Part shown: positions 36,201 through 48,900 of the stretch, in pieces
How the letters are laid out: each line of letters opens with the position of its first letter
Position numbering within the stretch: position 1 is the stretch's first letter
Assembly: GCA_047495785.1 (NCBI GenBank)
Contig: JBLDXI010000009.1
Coordinates: 4,960,001-5,024,000, forward strand
Direction of reading: 5' to 3'
Origin: Lepidodermella squamata
Taxonomy: Eukaryota; Animalia; Gastrotricha
Length of the DNA: 64,000 nucleotides
Made by a program: the position numbers and the translations under genes
The notes under the pieces: generated by a model
What the model was told of the DNA's origin: nothing
What the model saw: only the letters and a program-made list of their open reading frames with translations
Database searches by the model: none

Positions 36201-38049
36201 TTACGTAGTATGACATCTCATCATAATTCGCCACCATTTTTCCCGTCTTTTTCCTCTCCTACTTCTTCCAGGGCTGATTTTTAATGCCTTGAAAAAGCAT
36301 CGTCCTGTAGCCAATATTTAAAAATGAATATATATATATATATAAATTTCGCCTTTTTTCTGTTAATTTTTTTCTTACCTTTTTTCTGCGATTTAAAACG
36401 TGTTCATCTTCTTCTTTTTCTTCCGTGTAGCCAGTTCTCTTTTCGTTTTTTCGATGAGAAAAAAATTGATTTTAATTTTAATTAATTTAATTGAATATGA
36501 AAAAAATCGAGAAAAATTCAAAATCCCTGTGCTAGAGAATTCGAGGTAATTAGTAAAATGATGACGCGCATGAACGGTGCCAGTTTTTTGTTTTGTTTGC
36601 GGCGGACGACGCGAAAACAAATGCATGCCTTGTAATAAAATCTAATTAATTACTCGACTAATTAACTGCGCGCCACCGACCTTGTTACCACAATAATAAT
36701 ATTCTAAGATGTGATTGGCTGATTTTCTCGAATGAATGATGAGACATCTAAGGGTAAAACTGAGACATTGGACGATGGAAGAATGCACGTACAACAGATT
36801 GAAGGTCGTTGTCTTATTATTGTTTATTGTTATTACTACTTCTGATTTGATTGAAAAAACTATGATTTTTTGATGAATGTGTACTGTGTACATAGTGATG
36901 AAGTTGGCCGGAGATGCGTGTCTACTTTTTTCGTAATGGTAAATACATCAAAAAGTTGCGTTGAATATAACATCAGCAATTAACAGTGCGATTGATGCTA
37001 AAAATACAAAAATAAAACAAATTTTTTTGGTAAAAAAACCGGGCTTTTTGTAACCGAGGTAGCATGTAACCGCAATTTCAAGAGAGAAGTTACGGCTCAA
37101 CAATTTGTTACTGGTCATATCCGGTCGTACCGGTAATACCCGACATAGTACGCAGCTGATATTTTTCTAATTGAGATTGCATTTTCGAATTCCATCGCCA
37201 CAGTAAATATTTACAGCAGCTGGTTTGTCAAATCAAAAGCTTCAGATGTGTCCGAGATGATTGCGAACCAAATAATCAAGATGGGAAAAAGCGGATTTTT
37301 CCAAGTTTCCCAGCTTGACTATCCACCGCAGTTTAGCTTACCCGAGTTAAATTTTACCCTTTACCGATACGGCCTTGTTGTTTTTTGTTTTCATGATTCC
37401 TGTAATCGTTTATAAGGCGTTACCTGTGTCATAATTTAACGAAGAACCAACGTGTATACGTCCTCATGCGTTCGGACACGCATCAATTGCCATGCCGACG
37501 GCTCGGTACTGGGGAGGTGGAACAATAGGAGGCATAGCGAGATGTACAGTGACTTTAGTGTTGACACAACTATGGTGTATCTGGGTTTCGAGAAATTTTT
37601 CCCATGCCCGCGAAACAATCATCCGCCAACGCCTAAATGCTGGATATGGCTTTTTCGTTTCCGAACGAAATGTAACAGTTCCCAGAGTGAAATTTTCCCA
37701 GCAATTAGCTGTGAGGCAGAGCCCCAACCGATCTATCTAGGCCGATCAAAACGAAAAACTAGTACCCAGAAGAAAATCAATGGCCTAGTTAGACCAGCGC
37801 ATCAATCAAAATCACAATCGCCGAAATAGTTGAAAATCGACAATCGAAAATGGAAATTGCTTTTTTCCTCAGGAACTAATTTTTTTGATCTTTTGAAGTT
37901 CTTCAATTTCAATTGCTGATACCCAATACCCTGATTCATGATTTCTGACTCTTCTTCTCCGATACTTCTGAAGATTGAGTCGCTCTTGTTATATCATATC
38001 ACCGTTTTATTGGATAGAATGTTTTCTATGAGCGAACTGCGAGCAGATT

Positions 38050-38097
38050 TCTATGAGGGCTACGCGAACATCGCGATCAAAAAATCTTTGCTGCCAT
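38050..38097 (-). pseudogene. Frameshifted signal-peptide remnant of the PAN gene at 39096-39463, inside a segmental duplicate
   Basis: ATG GCA GCA AAG ATT TTT TGA versus ATG GCA GCA AAG TTG CTT CTA ATC GCG ATG in the intact copy. Upstream 38086-38408 is nearly identical to 39452-39774. Confidence 0.65.
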
Positions 38098-39095
38098 TTC
38101 AAATTGAGTTTTTAAATGTTTCGCGAAAGAATAAAATAAAATGGAATGAATGAGGCAACGTCGAGCGAGCGAAGTCATACCGGACTGCGTTGCCAGAAAT
38201 TGCAGCTGCCGCTTGAATATATCGCCACGTAGAAATTTTCCAGCTACAACTTTGCAGTAGTGTTGAGAGAATCATATGATCTAACGCCTTCAAAACAACT
38301 AAGCAGCTTGGTTGTTTGCAAAGTATCTTGCCGCTTCTCGTCTCAGTACATTTGGCGTTATGACGAATTATTGAAAATGTCGTAAATGCTTTCGGCAAAA
38401 ACGAGGGAAATTGCTGAATACTTATTGGGTAAACAGAACAGCTTCATAATGACAATATGCCTCAAAATTGGAGGCAAATTGGCTGCTGAACAAGGCAAGC
38501 AGTGTGCGAAGCCACGGTGGTACCGGGGGTACCGTACACCCACCTCGAGAGGTCCTGGCAAAAAATCCAAAATAAAACAACAGGGTTCCCTTTGGTCAGA
38601 TAAATTCGGGGCTTAAACTACCCACACGTGCCTCCCACTTCGATGATCCTACTTCGTCCACTGAAGCCAAGACGCAAAGATGCTCTCACCTCAGAGATTT
38701 CATGCGGATGAAGTTTTTCCAGCATGTCACGTTATGCCGTAGCTGGATCGGACGAGGACGGGCATGAACCGGAACATGGGCTACTACGTATTATTTTGCT
38801 TCTTGGTTGCCGGAGAAATCTATCACAGTCGAGAAAAATGGAAGATGGGCCTGCTGGAAATGCAACTCAGGTGAAACAACAACAGCCGGCTTGAAATAAC
38901 TGCTCCTTAAGCTTCAACTTTGTCCTTTGAATCAGTGGTTCAGGGAAAATTAAAGTACAGCAACCTTCTTGCGCAGTGCATTTTATTCATTTTATTGTTC
39001 AACCTCGACCTTCACTGCACATTTTAATAGCTCTCATCTCTCATCCTCACCAAATTGGTCGAATTGCTCGGTCATCGACGATCCTTCGATGGCCA

Positions 39096-39463
39096 TCAGT
39101 TCCTTTTGTACAGCAAGTATCTGGTGTCGCTGTTAGGCTTGGTTTGGCACGAACTGTACATGTTGCATCGGTAGCCAGTGGTGCCGCCGACTGCTATCCA
39201 TTGGAAATAACGGCAGACATTCATGTGGATGCCACAATTATAAGCGCAATCATCAATAGTCTTGATTTTTACCACTGTGGTAGCAATATCAGTAATAGCA
39301 CAGGTCATGCTTGGCAATGCCGTGTAGCTTGACAACTTGTACTGAGCCGCTGTAAAGGTGAAATCAATCGTTTGTTTTAATCAATGTTAGGATGATTAGT
39401 CTTACTCGTATAAGCGACGCAGGCAAATGCGACCATCGCGATTAGAAGCAACTTTGCTGCCAT
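39096..39463 (-). CDS. Small secreted single PAN/apple-domain protein (exons 39463-39406, 39349-39096)
   Basis: MAAKLLLIAMVAFACVAYT signal peptide spliced to ...MTC...TIDDCAYNCGIHMNVCRYFQW...YRCNMYSSC...YLLYKRN. Six Cys in PAN spacing. Same phase-1 intron architecture as 20812-21154. Confidence 0.75.
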
Positions 39464-40147
39464 TTCAAATGGAGTTTTAAAATGTTTCGTGAAATAATAA
39501 AATAAAATGGAATGAATGAGGCAACGTCGAGCGAGCGAAGTCATACCGGACTGCGTTGCCAGAAATTGCAGCTGCCGCTTGAATATATCGCCACGTAGAA
39601 ATTTTCCAGCTACAACTTTGCAGTAGTGTTGAGAGAATCATATGATCTAACGCCTTCAAAACAACTAAGCAGCTTGGTTGTTTGCAAAGTTTCTTGCCGC
39701 TTCTCGTCTCAGTACATTTGGCGTTATGACGAATTATTGAAAATGTCGTAAATGATTCCGGCAAAAACGAGGGAACTTTTCAGAAAATATTGGGTGAACA
39801 GAACAGCTTCAAAAATCACATTATGCATCTAAATCGAAGGGAGATTGAACAGCAGAAAAATTAGCAATATTCCGAAAAGCAGCGTTTTTAATTTTTAATT
39901 TTTCCGAACAGAAATGTCGTTGGGAAACTGAAATGCTGCAAGCAGTTAGCTGTGGGGCCGTGCAAACTGCTAGATGTCTTCCATCCAGGCCGATCAGAAC
40001 TCAAAAGGTTAGTAGCTGGACGCAGAATCAATAATAACGGCCCACCAACAACATAAAAGCGCATCGGTTATACTAAAGCCTTTTCTTACAAAAGTAAAAT
40101 GAAACTTTAGGTTATAGTAAAGATGTTTCGATTTCTTTGTATGTATA

Positions 40148-40645
40148 AATAAGGCCCTAGGGAAGGCTAGTTTCGAGGAAAAACTCACATAATAAGGCGA
40201 GGCGAAGCCGAGTCTTATTATGTGAGTTTTTCCGAGGAACTAGCCGTACCGTGGGCCTTATTAGACATATTACTCAAGGCGAAGCGTTCACCGTTCCTGA
40301 TAAAACTGCAATTTAAATGGAAAAATGTGACATAATAGGTGATTTTCTGGTGTGAAATGCGACTTTAAAAAATCAACCTTAAAACTGTACGATGAAAACG
40401 GCATTTTTGAACGAATTTCATGCTGAAACAAGAAAAGTGATCTCGCTTCGCTCGAAGAGTTTCAAGTGCTTTTTCTCGCTTCGCTCGATGAAATCAGCGT
40501 CCCCTCGCTTTGCTCGGGCGAAAACCTTGCCCCGTGATGCTCGCTGCGCTCGCGTTTCACGGCGGGGCAAGGTTTTCGCACCTTCGGTGCTCACTGTAAA
40601 AATTAAAAAATCCCCCTTAAATAAGCGGTTTCTTATTATGTTATT
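40148..40645. mobile_element. Non-autonomous element with a 115-bp terminal palindrome and TCGCTTCGCTCG repeats (family unassigned)
   Basis: 40148-40262 is an imperfect palindrome centred on GGCGAAGCC. Tandem CTCGCTTCGCTCG motifs and a second hairpin (GCGAAAACCTTGCCCCG / CGGGGCAAGGTTTTCGC) at ~40518-40580. Confidence 0.6.
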
Positions 40646-41261
40646 CTAAAAAGGTTGCTCCTCACTGATTAAATTCCTAACTCAGTCGGTTGATAGAGAT
40701 ATAATGAAGCTTTCCCAAAGCTCAAGCGCCAAAAACCGACAAATAGATCAACTTCTGTGGAAAAAAGGAATCCGAAATGTCAAGCTAGGTGAACCACATA
40801 CTAGAACTGGGGAATTAATCTGTTACCGACTCGGGTGTTCATTTCCTCACTAGAACTGGGGAACCGGAAGTGAGACTGCTAGTGTTGACAACCTTTTAAG
40901 AAAATAAGTTTGAGTATTATTTGAAATGTCCAGCCATTAATGCCGAAAAATGATAATAAGTAGAGAATAAATTGAAAATACCGCGATTATCGGTCATCGA
41001 TGTATCGTTTTGGGAAATTATTATTTTGGGAATTATAAATTTGCTTAAAAAGTGGATTTTTAGAGCAATTTCTCTTTAGGGTAACCCAATTGCCAATTGG
41101 GGCGGATTGCTCATAACGGTACGACATATAGCAACAGTCAATATAGTAATAGTTTTTTTTTAAAGTTCATCATTATGAAATATTGCTGATCGTAAAATAT
41201 AAATTCAGTAAAATCAAGGACGTAAAACAGGAAACAGTAATTTCTCTTAACGAGTGCGTTC

Positions 41262-41411
41262 TTTCTCTGTGAGAAAGTGAGAGACCCGGGGACAACTGAG
41301 CGCATAGCTAAGGAAGCCCGACAACATAAGGCTCGCGCTAGACAACCGGCTGACAACGAGAGCCTCTACGGACCGCTCACGCCCCGGAACGAACACTTTC
41401 TCAGAGAGAAA
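41262..41411 (-). ncRNA. Candidate structured RNA of unknown family (nested stems, 4x GUUGUC)
   Basis: 18-bp closing stem with one mismatch; nested CCGGGG/CCCCGG, TGAGCG/CGCTCA and GGCTC/GAGCC. Strand inferred from G-U pairs. Confidence 0.45.
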
Positions 41412-41658
41412 TTTGTCTTTTTTCATTTCTGCTATTCGTTCACATATTGCAATTCAAGTCCAAGAATAATATGACTCGTAGCATGATGGCGCATTCGTCA
41501 TATTTCAATTAGGTACAAATTTTAACAATTAGCATTGAGTTATAACTAAGGTTACAGATATATAAACATGGCTCTAAAGGATCTCTACGAGATAAGCTCG
41601 AATCAAATCAAGCGGCGCTATGACAGTCGTTTTATTTTCACGCGGGAACCCTAATATA

Positions 41659-41838
41659 CAGTGTGGCCAAAAAAGCCGCAAAAGGCGAATTTGATGCGCA
41701 TCAATTTCATGGGGGATTTTAAGAAATTGAAGAATTTCAAGCATTCTTTTCACGATGGAACTCCTCAATAATTTCGTGAAACTCAAAATCAAAATTATGC
41801 GCATCAATTTCGGCTTCTGCGGCTTTTTGGCCACCCTG
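41659..41838. mobile_element. Tc1/mariner-type MITE (180 bp)
   Basis: ~45-bp imperfect TIRs CAGTGTGGCCAAAAA... / ...TTTTTGGCCACCCTG with TA on both sides. Confidence 0.85.
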
Positions 41839-43765
41839 TAGACGTTAGCATGATCGCGCTAACAATAGAATGTCTTAACACCGTCGGAATTAAATCAGGG
41901 CTTGACAATATGCGAACTGAACGATCAATAGTGGGTCGTGTTGCCTGCACCTTGTGCATAAGATGTCTAACAACCGTCGGAATATTCAAAACCGTGCCCG
42001 CGCATCAATCTTCGCATGAAATCAACATGATATTTACAACCTTAACAGCGCAAAAAATGTTTTCGATAGCAATAAATTTAGACCCGCCAAGCGATTTCGG
42101 CCCTATGTCTATCCGCAGCCATTCGAAAATAGGGTGTTGCTACTACTTCATTGATATAAAGCGTCACTTGCAACTTGCAACACGTGCCATCTATCATAGC
42201 CGTCATCGGAAGATAAGGCAGCATCAACTTTCTCAAATTCCGAAAAAACGCCTCACTGCTCACCCGTTTTCATCGCAACTTCAAAGTAAAATGGGGCTCG
42301 TTCTCTATTAGACACTATTTCCGTTTCACACATAGAAACATTGCTAGAAAGGCAAATTGTATGCACTTCTCCTAGATCCTAGAATACTCAGCCCTCGTGA
42401 GTGAAGTGATATTTAGCTGATGGTTTTTTCTATTGTTGCACGGGAAATGGTCTAAAGAGGCATCACAATTTCCAGATTTTTGGCTCCTCGTCTACGACGT
42501 CAGATTCTACGCGTATTACTGCCATTAGAATGGAGATGTCTTCCGATGAAATGTATCAAAATAAGTCATTCCGATGGAATAATTTACTTTTCTAGCAGTT
42601 TTTGTATTTCCTGCGATTTAAGTCAAAATGGTACGAGAAAAGAAAATAAAGGTTCGATAATATAAGCCGAGTCCTTTTTACATATTATGGGTTGGCAGGA
42701 AAAGGTGCCTTTTTGAAGGCAACTTTTCCAATAAGCAGTCGACTCACTAGGCGACTTGCATGATTTCTGGCAATTCTTCTCCGAAACAATAAAGTAGTTT
42801 TTTTATTTCATATCACCGATTTATTGGACAGAATGTTTTCTATAAGCGACCACAACATATCATCGCAGCAATGTGATTGTTGAAGACATCGTTTTTGTTG
42901 CCGGTTACGCAGTTCCACGAACAAATTCTTGAATAAATATAAGAATGACAATAATAATAATAAAAGGTAGTAATATAATGACAATAACAAAAAAATGACC
43001 ATTCGTCACCGAAATAATGTGCCGAAATTTTTTCCAAGAATGTATAAGCAAAATAGGAATAACAACCACATCGAGCGAGAGAGAAAAAAGCTGCAGGTTG
43101 AATTTTCTTCCATTCTTTTAAGAATTTTGAGAAGACAGAAAACGGTGCAATTTTAGGGATACTTGAAAGGAGAGATGGACTACATTCACAACATCAAGAC
43201 AATGAAATTTTGCAATGGATTCACGGCCCATTCAAACAAGCACCCGAGACAAGTTACTTCTACTAGACAGAACACGAAATGATTACAAAAAAATGGAAGA
43301 GAAAAACTATAATAGCCACTTTTTCGGAAATTTTCAAAACTTTCATTTCCCTCAGCAGAAATTGGTCGAAAATGATGTATTTTCAAGGCGGTAACGAGTA
43401 CATAGTTAGTTCAAGGTCAAAATTATTGTCAGGAAAATTCACTGAATCAATTTCTTAATATTACAAATATTGCGGTTGGTAATAATTGATGATTAATTAT
43501 GAAAAGAAATTGAACATCAGCAGAAAATAAGACACCGAATTTATATATGACGAGAAAATCTTCACAAAAAAACGTCAAAATAGCCACTTTCAAAACCAAT
43601 GGAACAAATTTGAAATTTAATGAAATTCAATTTTTTTCAAAAAATTTCAATTTGAATTTCAATGGCCTAATTTTGACTTTTTCATTCAACAGAAAATTGA
43701 CGTTAACCAGTAAATAAAAAGTGTGAATTTTTCAATCGATTTTCGATCAAGTTCAGTTTCGCCGA

Positions 43766-45132
43766 TTAACTCGAGCTGCGAGATCCGCCGACTACGCTCA
43801 AAATCATGAGGAAAATGTAGACAACATCCAGGTAGATCTGAACCGCGCCGTAAACGTATTCCTCGGGCGACAGTTCGTACTTGCGGCCGCCAATCACCGT
43901 CTGCACGTCGTACATGAGGAAAACGGAGAAGACGAGGGCGCCGACGCCGCCGTAGACGACCATGATGACGCGATTCCACCCGCCGATCAGGCCCCAGATC
44001 CAGCACGCCATGCCGGTGAGGAAGAGGACCATGACGAGGCAGAAGAGCAGGCCCGAGCACATCGTGAAGTCGATTTTCGTCTGCCACGCGAAGATGGTCA
44101 GGGCGATGCACAGGCCGACGGTGATGCCGAACGCGATCATCACCGATTCGATGTCGTAGAACGCTGTTATCGTCGCCACCATGTACGACATCGCCAGAGT
44201 GAGGATGGCTAAAAAATTGAATAAAAAAATTAATTTTGAAGGAAACTGAAATTTTGAGCTATTTCAGTTGGGTATTATTACCAATCTGGTCGAATTCGAA
44301 AAATACCAAAAAAATTACCGAGTCTCTATTTCAAATCGGATTTTTCAAGTTTCCCTAAAGAACAATTCGAACTGACTATAAAGTCGCACGAAATTTACAT
44401 TTGTCGAAAAGAACAGATAATTTTTTTCGAAATCGCCTGACGCCTCCAGCTCCCAATGTTAATACATATTTTCTCATTTTTCGCCGATTTGTTTTGGAAA
44501 ATTTGAGCAGAAATATCACTGCTATATTTCTATTATTCTTCTAATCGCTAACACTATCGATGAATTCACAAAATGGGTTGTTTTCAAATTTCTTTCTAGA
44601 AAATCGCTCCCTTTTTCCCTCTTCAATCGAATGATACAACATTAACATAGCCTTAATGGAACTTACTCAGTGAAATGTAGTTGAGTGGCGTTTTGCGCGA
44701 GCACGTCTTCGAGCAGACGAGCGCGATGTAGGTGACCAGAAACACGGCGTAGCCAATGTAGTAAGTCCACGAATTCTGCCGCACAAACCTCTTCAAATCG
44801 CCGACAAAGTAGAAAATCGCGCATATGCCAGTTGTAACAACGAGTTGCAGCGATAAAATCATAAACACCTTGCGAATAAACGCCATTCGGATGCGTTTAT
44901 CCGAGAACAGAAACGTCGCACCCTCGACGCCGTCTTCCACGGCGTACCCGCCCGCATAGCCGGGTGCTGGGGCGTAGCCACTGGGCGCCGGTTGCTGCCC
45001 GGCGTAGCCACCCTGGTCGTAGCCACCCTGGGCCGGCTGAGCGGTGCCGTATTCATTCGGCGGCTTGAAGCCTATCGGCTGCGTGGTTGAATAAGCCGGC
45101 GGCTGGTCGGGATATGGCGCTGTTGCTGCCAT
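43766..45132 (-). CDS. Lifeguard/TMBIM (GRINA/FAIM2-like) protein, copy A (exons 45132-44667, 44208-43766)
   Basis: Pro/Gly/Tyr-rich N-terminus with PPAY, FSDKRIRMAFIRKVF, QTKIDFT, YDVQ...LSPEEYVYGAVQIYLD. Confidence 0.92.
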
Positions 45133-45651
45133 TGAAAATTACTTCTCCAATCACAAAAAAATCAGACAACAATATTCCTATAAAAAATTATTAAAATATT
45201 ATGAATTTTATTTTCCGGATGACAAACGACCAAACAGAGGCATAAAAAACAGGCAGATATCGTAAAATTGCCACTATTCAATTTTTTCGCAGAAGAGAAG
45301 TCCCTCAACCGGAAAACTGCATGAGGCGTGAGAAATATCAAAAATAAATAAATAAAATTAAGCATAAAGGAAGCCAGACAGCTAAAACCACAATAAAAAT
45401 CAGCAGAAAATTTACTCTTCATCAAGTTAGAATTCCAAAAAAATTCGAAAGCGACTAATAGATCTCATGATCTCAAACAATTAAATCTTATCATTCTCAG
45501 CAGCCCAAACTAAAATGTAGATTTCTTAAAAAAAAATCCCAAAAAATGTTAGTCTTGTTGATGAAAAATGAAAATTTAACTTTTTTTGAAAAAAATTCGA
45601 ACAGAATTTTTCAGTAAATTTCTTGATTTTTAAAGGCATTTTGCCCTAAAA

Positions 45652-45878
45652 CAGGGCTTCTCAACCCTAAACTCATGGAGCTACAAATTGTTCCCTTTTT
45701 ACCGATTACAAAACGAAGCTCAAAAGTCTGCAATTCTGGATTCAAAATATCAATCATTTTGTAAAGTTTTCACATAAATTTTAATTTCAATTGAACTGGC
45801 AGTTTAATTGTTGAATGTAGCAAGAAGCGAGGTATAGCTAAATGAAATTCCCAGGCAACCCCAGTTTGAGAAGCCCTG
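45652..45878. mobile_element. hAT-type MITE (227 bp)
   Basis: TIR CAGGGCTTCTCAA / TTGAGAAGCCCTG with a perfect 8-bp TSD CCCTAAAA (45644-45651, 45879-45886). Confidence 0.9.
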
Positions 45879-45956
45879 CCCTAAAAACAGCAAGGCTATC
45901 ATTAATATCCAGAATAAATAATGAATCAATATATCAAGTCCCTCTGTGGAGCGCTA

Positions 45957-48900
45957 TCACTTTTTGCGTCCGAACATCTGTAGCACTCGCAGGAAGATGA
46001 GAACCACGTCCATGTAAATGGCAAGGGCGCCGAAGACGTAATTTTCCGGCGACAGGGCGTATTGCCCGTTTCCGATGACGAGTTGCACGTCCCAAACCAG
46101 CAGGCACGAGTAGACCAAGGCCCCGGCGCCGCCGTATAAAATGTAATGCCACCGCTGGAAGCCGAACACAAGGCCCCATATTGCGGTTGTGAGGCCGGTT
46201 AGCAACAGGCTGAGTAAAGCGCCGAAGATGAGGCCGTTCATCAGCGTGAAATCGATGCGCGTTTGACACGCGAACACCGTCATCCCGGCGGTTATGCCCA
46301 CTGTGATGCCGAAAGCGATGAGAACCGATTCGATGCTATAGAAACTCGTAATTGTTGCGGCCATGTATGAAACAGACAGCGTGATTATAACTGCAAAGAA
46401 ACATTTCATATTAGAAACAAAAAAACCATTTTGACTCGAAAAATTCCGCAAAAAAAGTGAAAATTCGAATTTCCAATTTATCTTTCACCAGTTTTGGCTG
46501 GCCGAACTGTAATCAGGGGAACTGTCTATCCAACCCCCAGGCTTTCCTGGCAACGTAATTTCGTTGTCCCCAGTGCAACACAAAAAGGGAGATCACTTAA
46601 TAAACTGCCGTATTTTCCGTAATAGGTTCAGGGGCCATTGTAATTTCAAAGCTTGGAAAAAGGGCGGTTGTAAACGGGACGCGCTGCAATTGCGAGCATG
46701 CGACTTTATTGTTTCAAAGCAAATTTTCAAGTGTTAAAGTTGGGTAAAAATTAGAATACATTGATAATTTTTTAACTGAAGTCAACAGCTTGTCATCAAA
46801 ATCGAAAACTTCATCGTTAGATAACGAGTTTTCAGCCATTTTTATGCAAATTTTGGAAATTTAACAAGAAAATTAGCGACTTCGATTTTATTTTCAATTT
46901 AACATGTGACGTTTCGGAAAATTGAAAATAAAATCGAAGTCGCTAATTTTCTTGTTAAAAATATCTACCCAACCCGGGTGCTTATTTCGCCAATTTTGGA
47001 AAATTTTAAATTTTAGCTTTTTTTCATGATGGATGCTAGGTAATCGATAGCTACTTTTGCAATTTTCGTTGCTTAAATTCTCTCACTCAGCTATGTTTAG
47101 CCATTTTCTACCAAACATGCCCATCAAACCCCTCAGAAAATGGAAGGACCATACTTTAATATTCATCTAATTCATTTTTTTCTGCATCTAATATCTTTTT
47201 TCCACATCTAAATCTTTTTTTCGCATCTAGGCCTTTTTTCTACAGCTAATTCTACTTTTTCTCACATCTAATTTAAAAATAGCTGGAATGACTTCAAAAA
47301 AATTGAAAAATGATTCAGCGCGTTTTTCTCGGTAAGAAAACATATGTTTTGTTGCCAGAACATAGGTAAATCGCTTTATTTAGCGAAAAGAAAAGAAAAG
47401 AAAAACGGAAAAATGAAAGAAAAACATCAATTTAAGGCTTTTCCAAAGCCATATAATGATTCCCAGTGTAGAGGAGCTTCGACGCGATGATGAACTCTTT
47501 TCTACAGCGCGACAGTTGTAGATCATCGATGTCCTTCTTTTTCCGGCGATAAAGCTTGGGGTGCTGTTTTCCGGCCCACCATTCCTTGACATGTTTCTTC
47601 ATGCGCTAAACATGACTATTGCACAATTTATTTACTACGCCTTTCGCACGTGCATTCTTCTATTAACATTTTCCCACGTGCATTTTTCCGCGCGCCTGAT
47701 CTGGCAACGAAACATATGTTTTCCTATCGAGAAAAACGCGCTGAATCATTTTTCAATTTTTTTGAAGTCATTCCAGCTATTTTTAAATTAGATGTGAGAA
47801 AAAGTAGAATTAGCTGTAGAAAAAAGGCCTAGATGCGAAAAAAAGATTTAGATGTGGAAAAAAGATATTAGATGCAGAAAAAAATGATTTAGATGCCAAT
47901 TAAAGTATATTTCAAATGGAATATCAAAAAGTTGTGCGCAATTATTTTTAAATGCGATTTTCAAAGTTTGATCTAAAATTAAGATCGCGGGTCGCTATTG
48001 CGAGTACGAGGCTTTATTTTGTCAAAGGCCTTAAAAAGTGGAGTTGTAAACGGGACGGGCAGTAATAATGGGTATATGAAGCTATTACGGAATATACGGT
48101 ATGTAAGCCGAGCCCAGCTCAGCGCGAAAAATGGAACGTCCAACTGTTCTGCATCATCAAGCAAAGTCTCGCTATGCTTTGCCGTCTTCGTGGTAATATT
48201 TTTTCATGTAACTTCTCTCATATACAACTGCTCTACGTCGATTGGTTGTGGAGAACAAATCATATTAAATAGAATTTTGTTACTCTTCATTCTTTTCAAT
48301 CGCATGTTTCGAGGTTGCGGCATTAGACACAGCCTCAACCCAGATCAAATGTTGGAGGGCTAAATCCACCCTGAATCGACGGCTAGGATCGATTCACAGA
48401 ATTAAATAACCAAGGAGTCAGACGTCATGCCGATAAAGCCGCTTTCGCTCTGGACCATAACAGCGCCTGTCCATGGCGCCGTGGTGGTCATTCCTGTCCA
48501 AAGCGTGGAAAACAGCCGAGCTGGGTGAAATAATCATTCCATCGTTAGCTTGGCAATTTGTTGTCATACTCAACGATTTCATCGAACAGCGCCTAGTTGA
48601 TATGGACAGCAATGGCCTCAAAATTAACCTTAATTTCATTCCTTTTTCGGTTTCGAGCTCGTACGACCGAAAATAATACGATATCCCCGTCCCAAATTGT
48701 TGAAATTAGTTAGATACCAGCAAATCAGGCAAATATCCAGTTATCTAGTCATCTCTAGTATATTATCTGTGGCAAAGAGCACAATTTTCTGCCATGCTCT
48801 TCAAGCTGCGGCGGCCATCTTAGTAGCTGCGCACTCTTGGGTGGACCTTTTGTTTCGGCTAGTCTGACATCAAGTGCTCCGTTAAGTGCGATTGCAAGTA

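Larger units (their letters stand above)
46608..48099. mobile_element. Non-autonomous pogo/Tc1-type element containing nested inverted repeats
   Basis: TIR CCGTATTTTCCGTAATAG / CTATTACGGAATATACGG, right flank TA, left flank TG. Subterminal GTTGTAAACGGGACG at both ends. Confidence 0.7.

Noticed and set aside
37100-37260. Possible third decayed PAN exon (CKYLLW, GTTGY-like words)
   Set aside because: The matches are short and not clearly in one reading frame; could be chance.
38099-39764. Near-identical 99-aa and 95-aa ORFs (MPKAFTT.../MPESFTT...)
   Set aside because: They have non-ATG starts and lie in the duplicated upstream DNA of the PAN gene. The similarity reflects DNA duplication, not coding constraint.
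41262-41411. Structured RNA considered as SL RNA, SRP RNA, RNase P/MRP or a self-cleaving ribozyme
   Set aside because: No convincing donor plus Sm site, SRP helix 8 motif, P4 consensus or catalytic core was found; left unassigned.
48400-48680. Coding-like minus-strand stretch in the TMBIM B intron
   Set aside because: Multiple stops and no recognisable motif; too weak to call.
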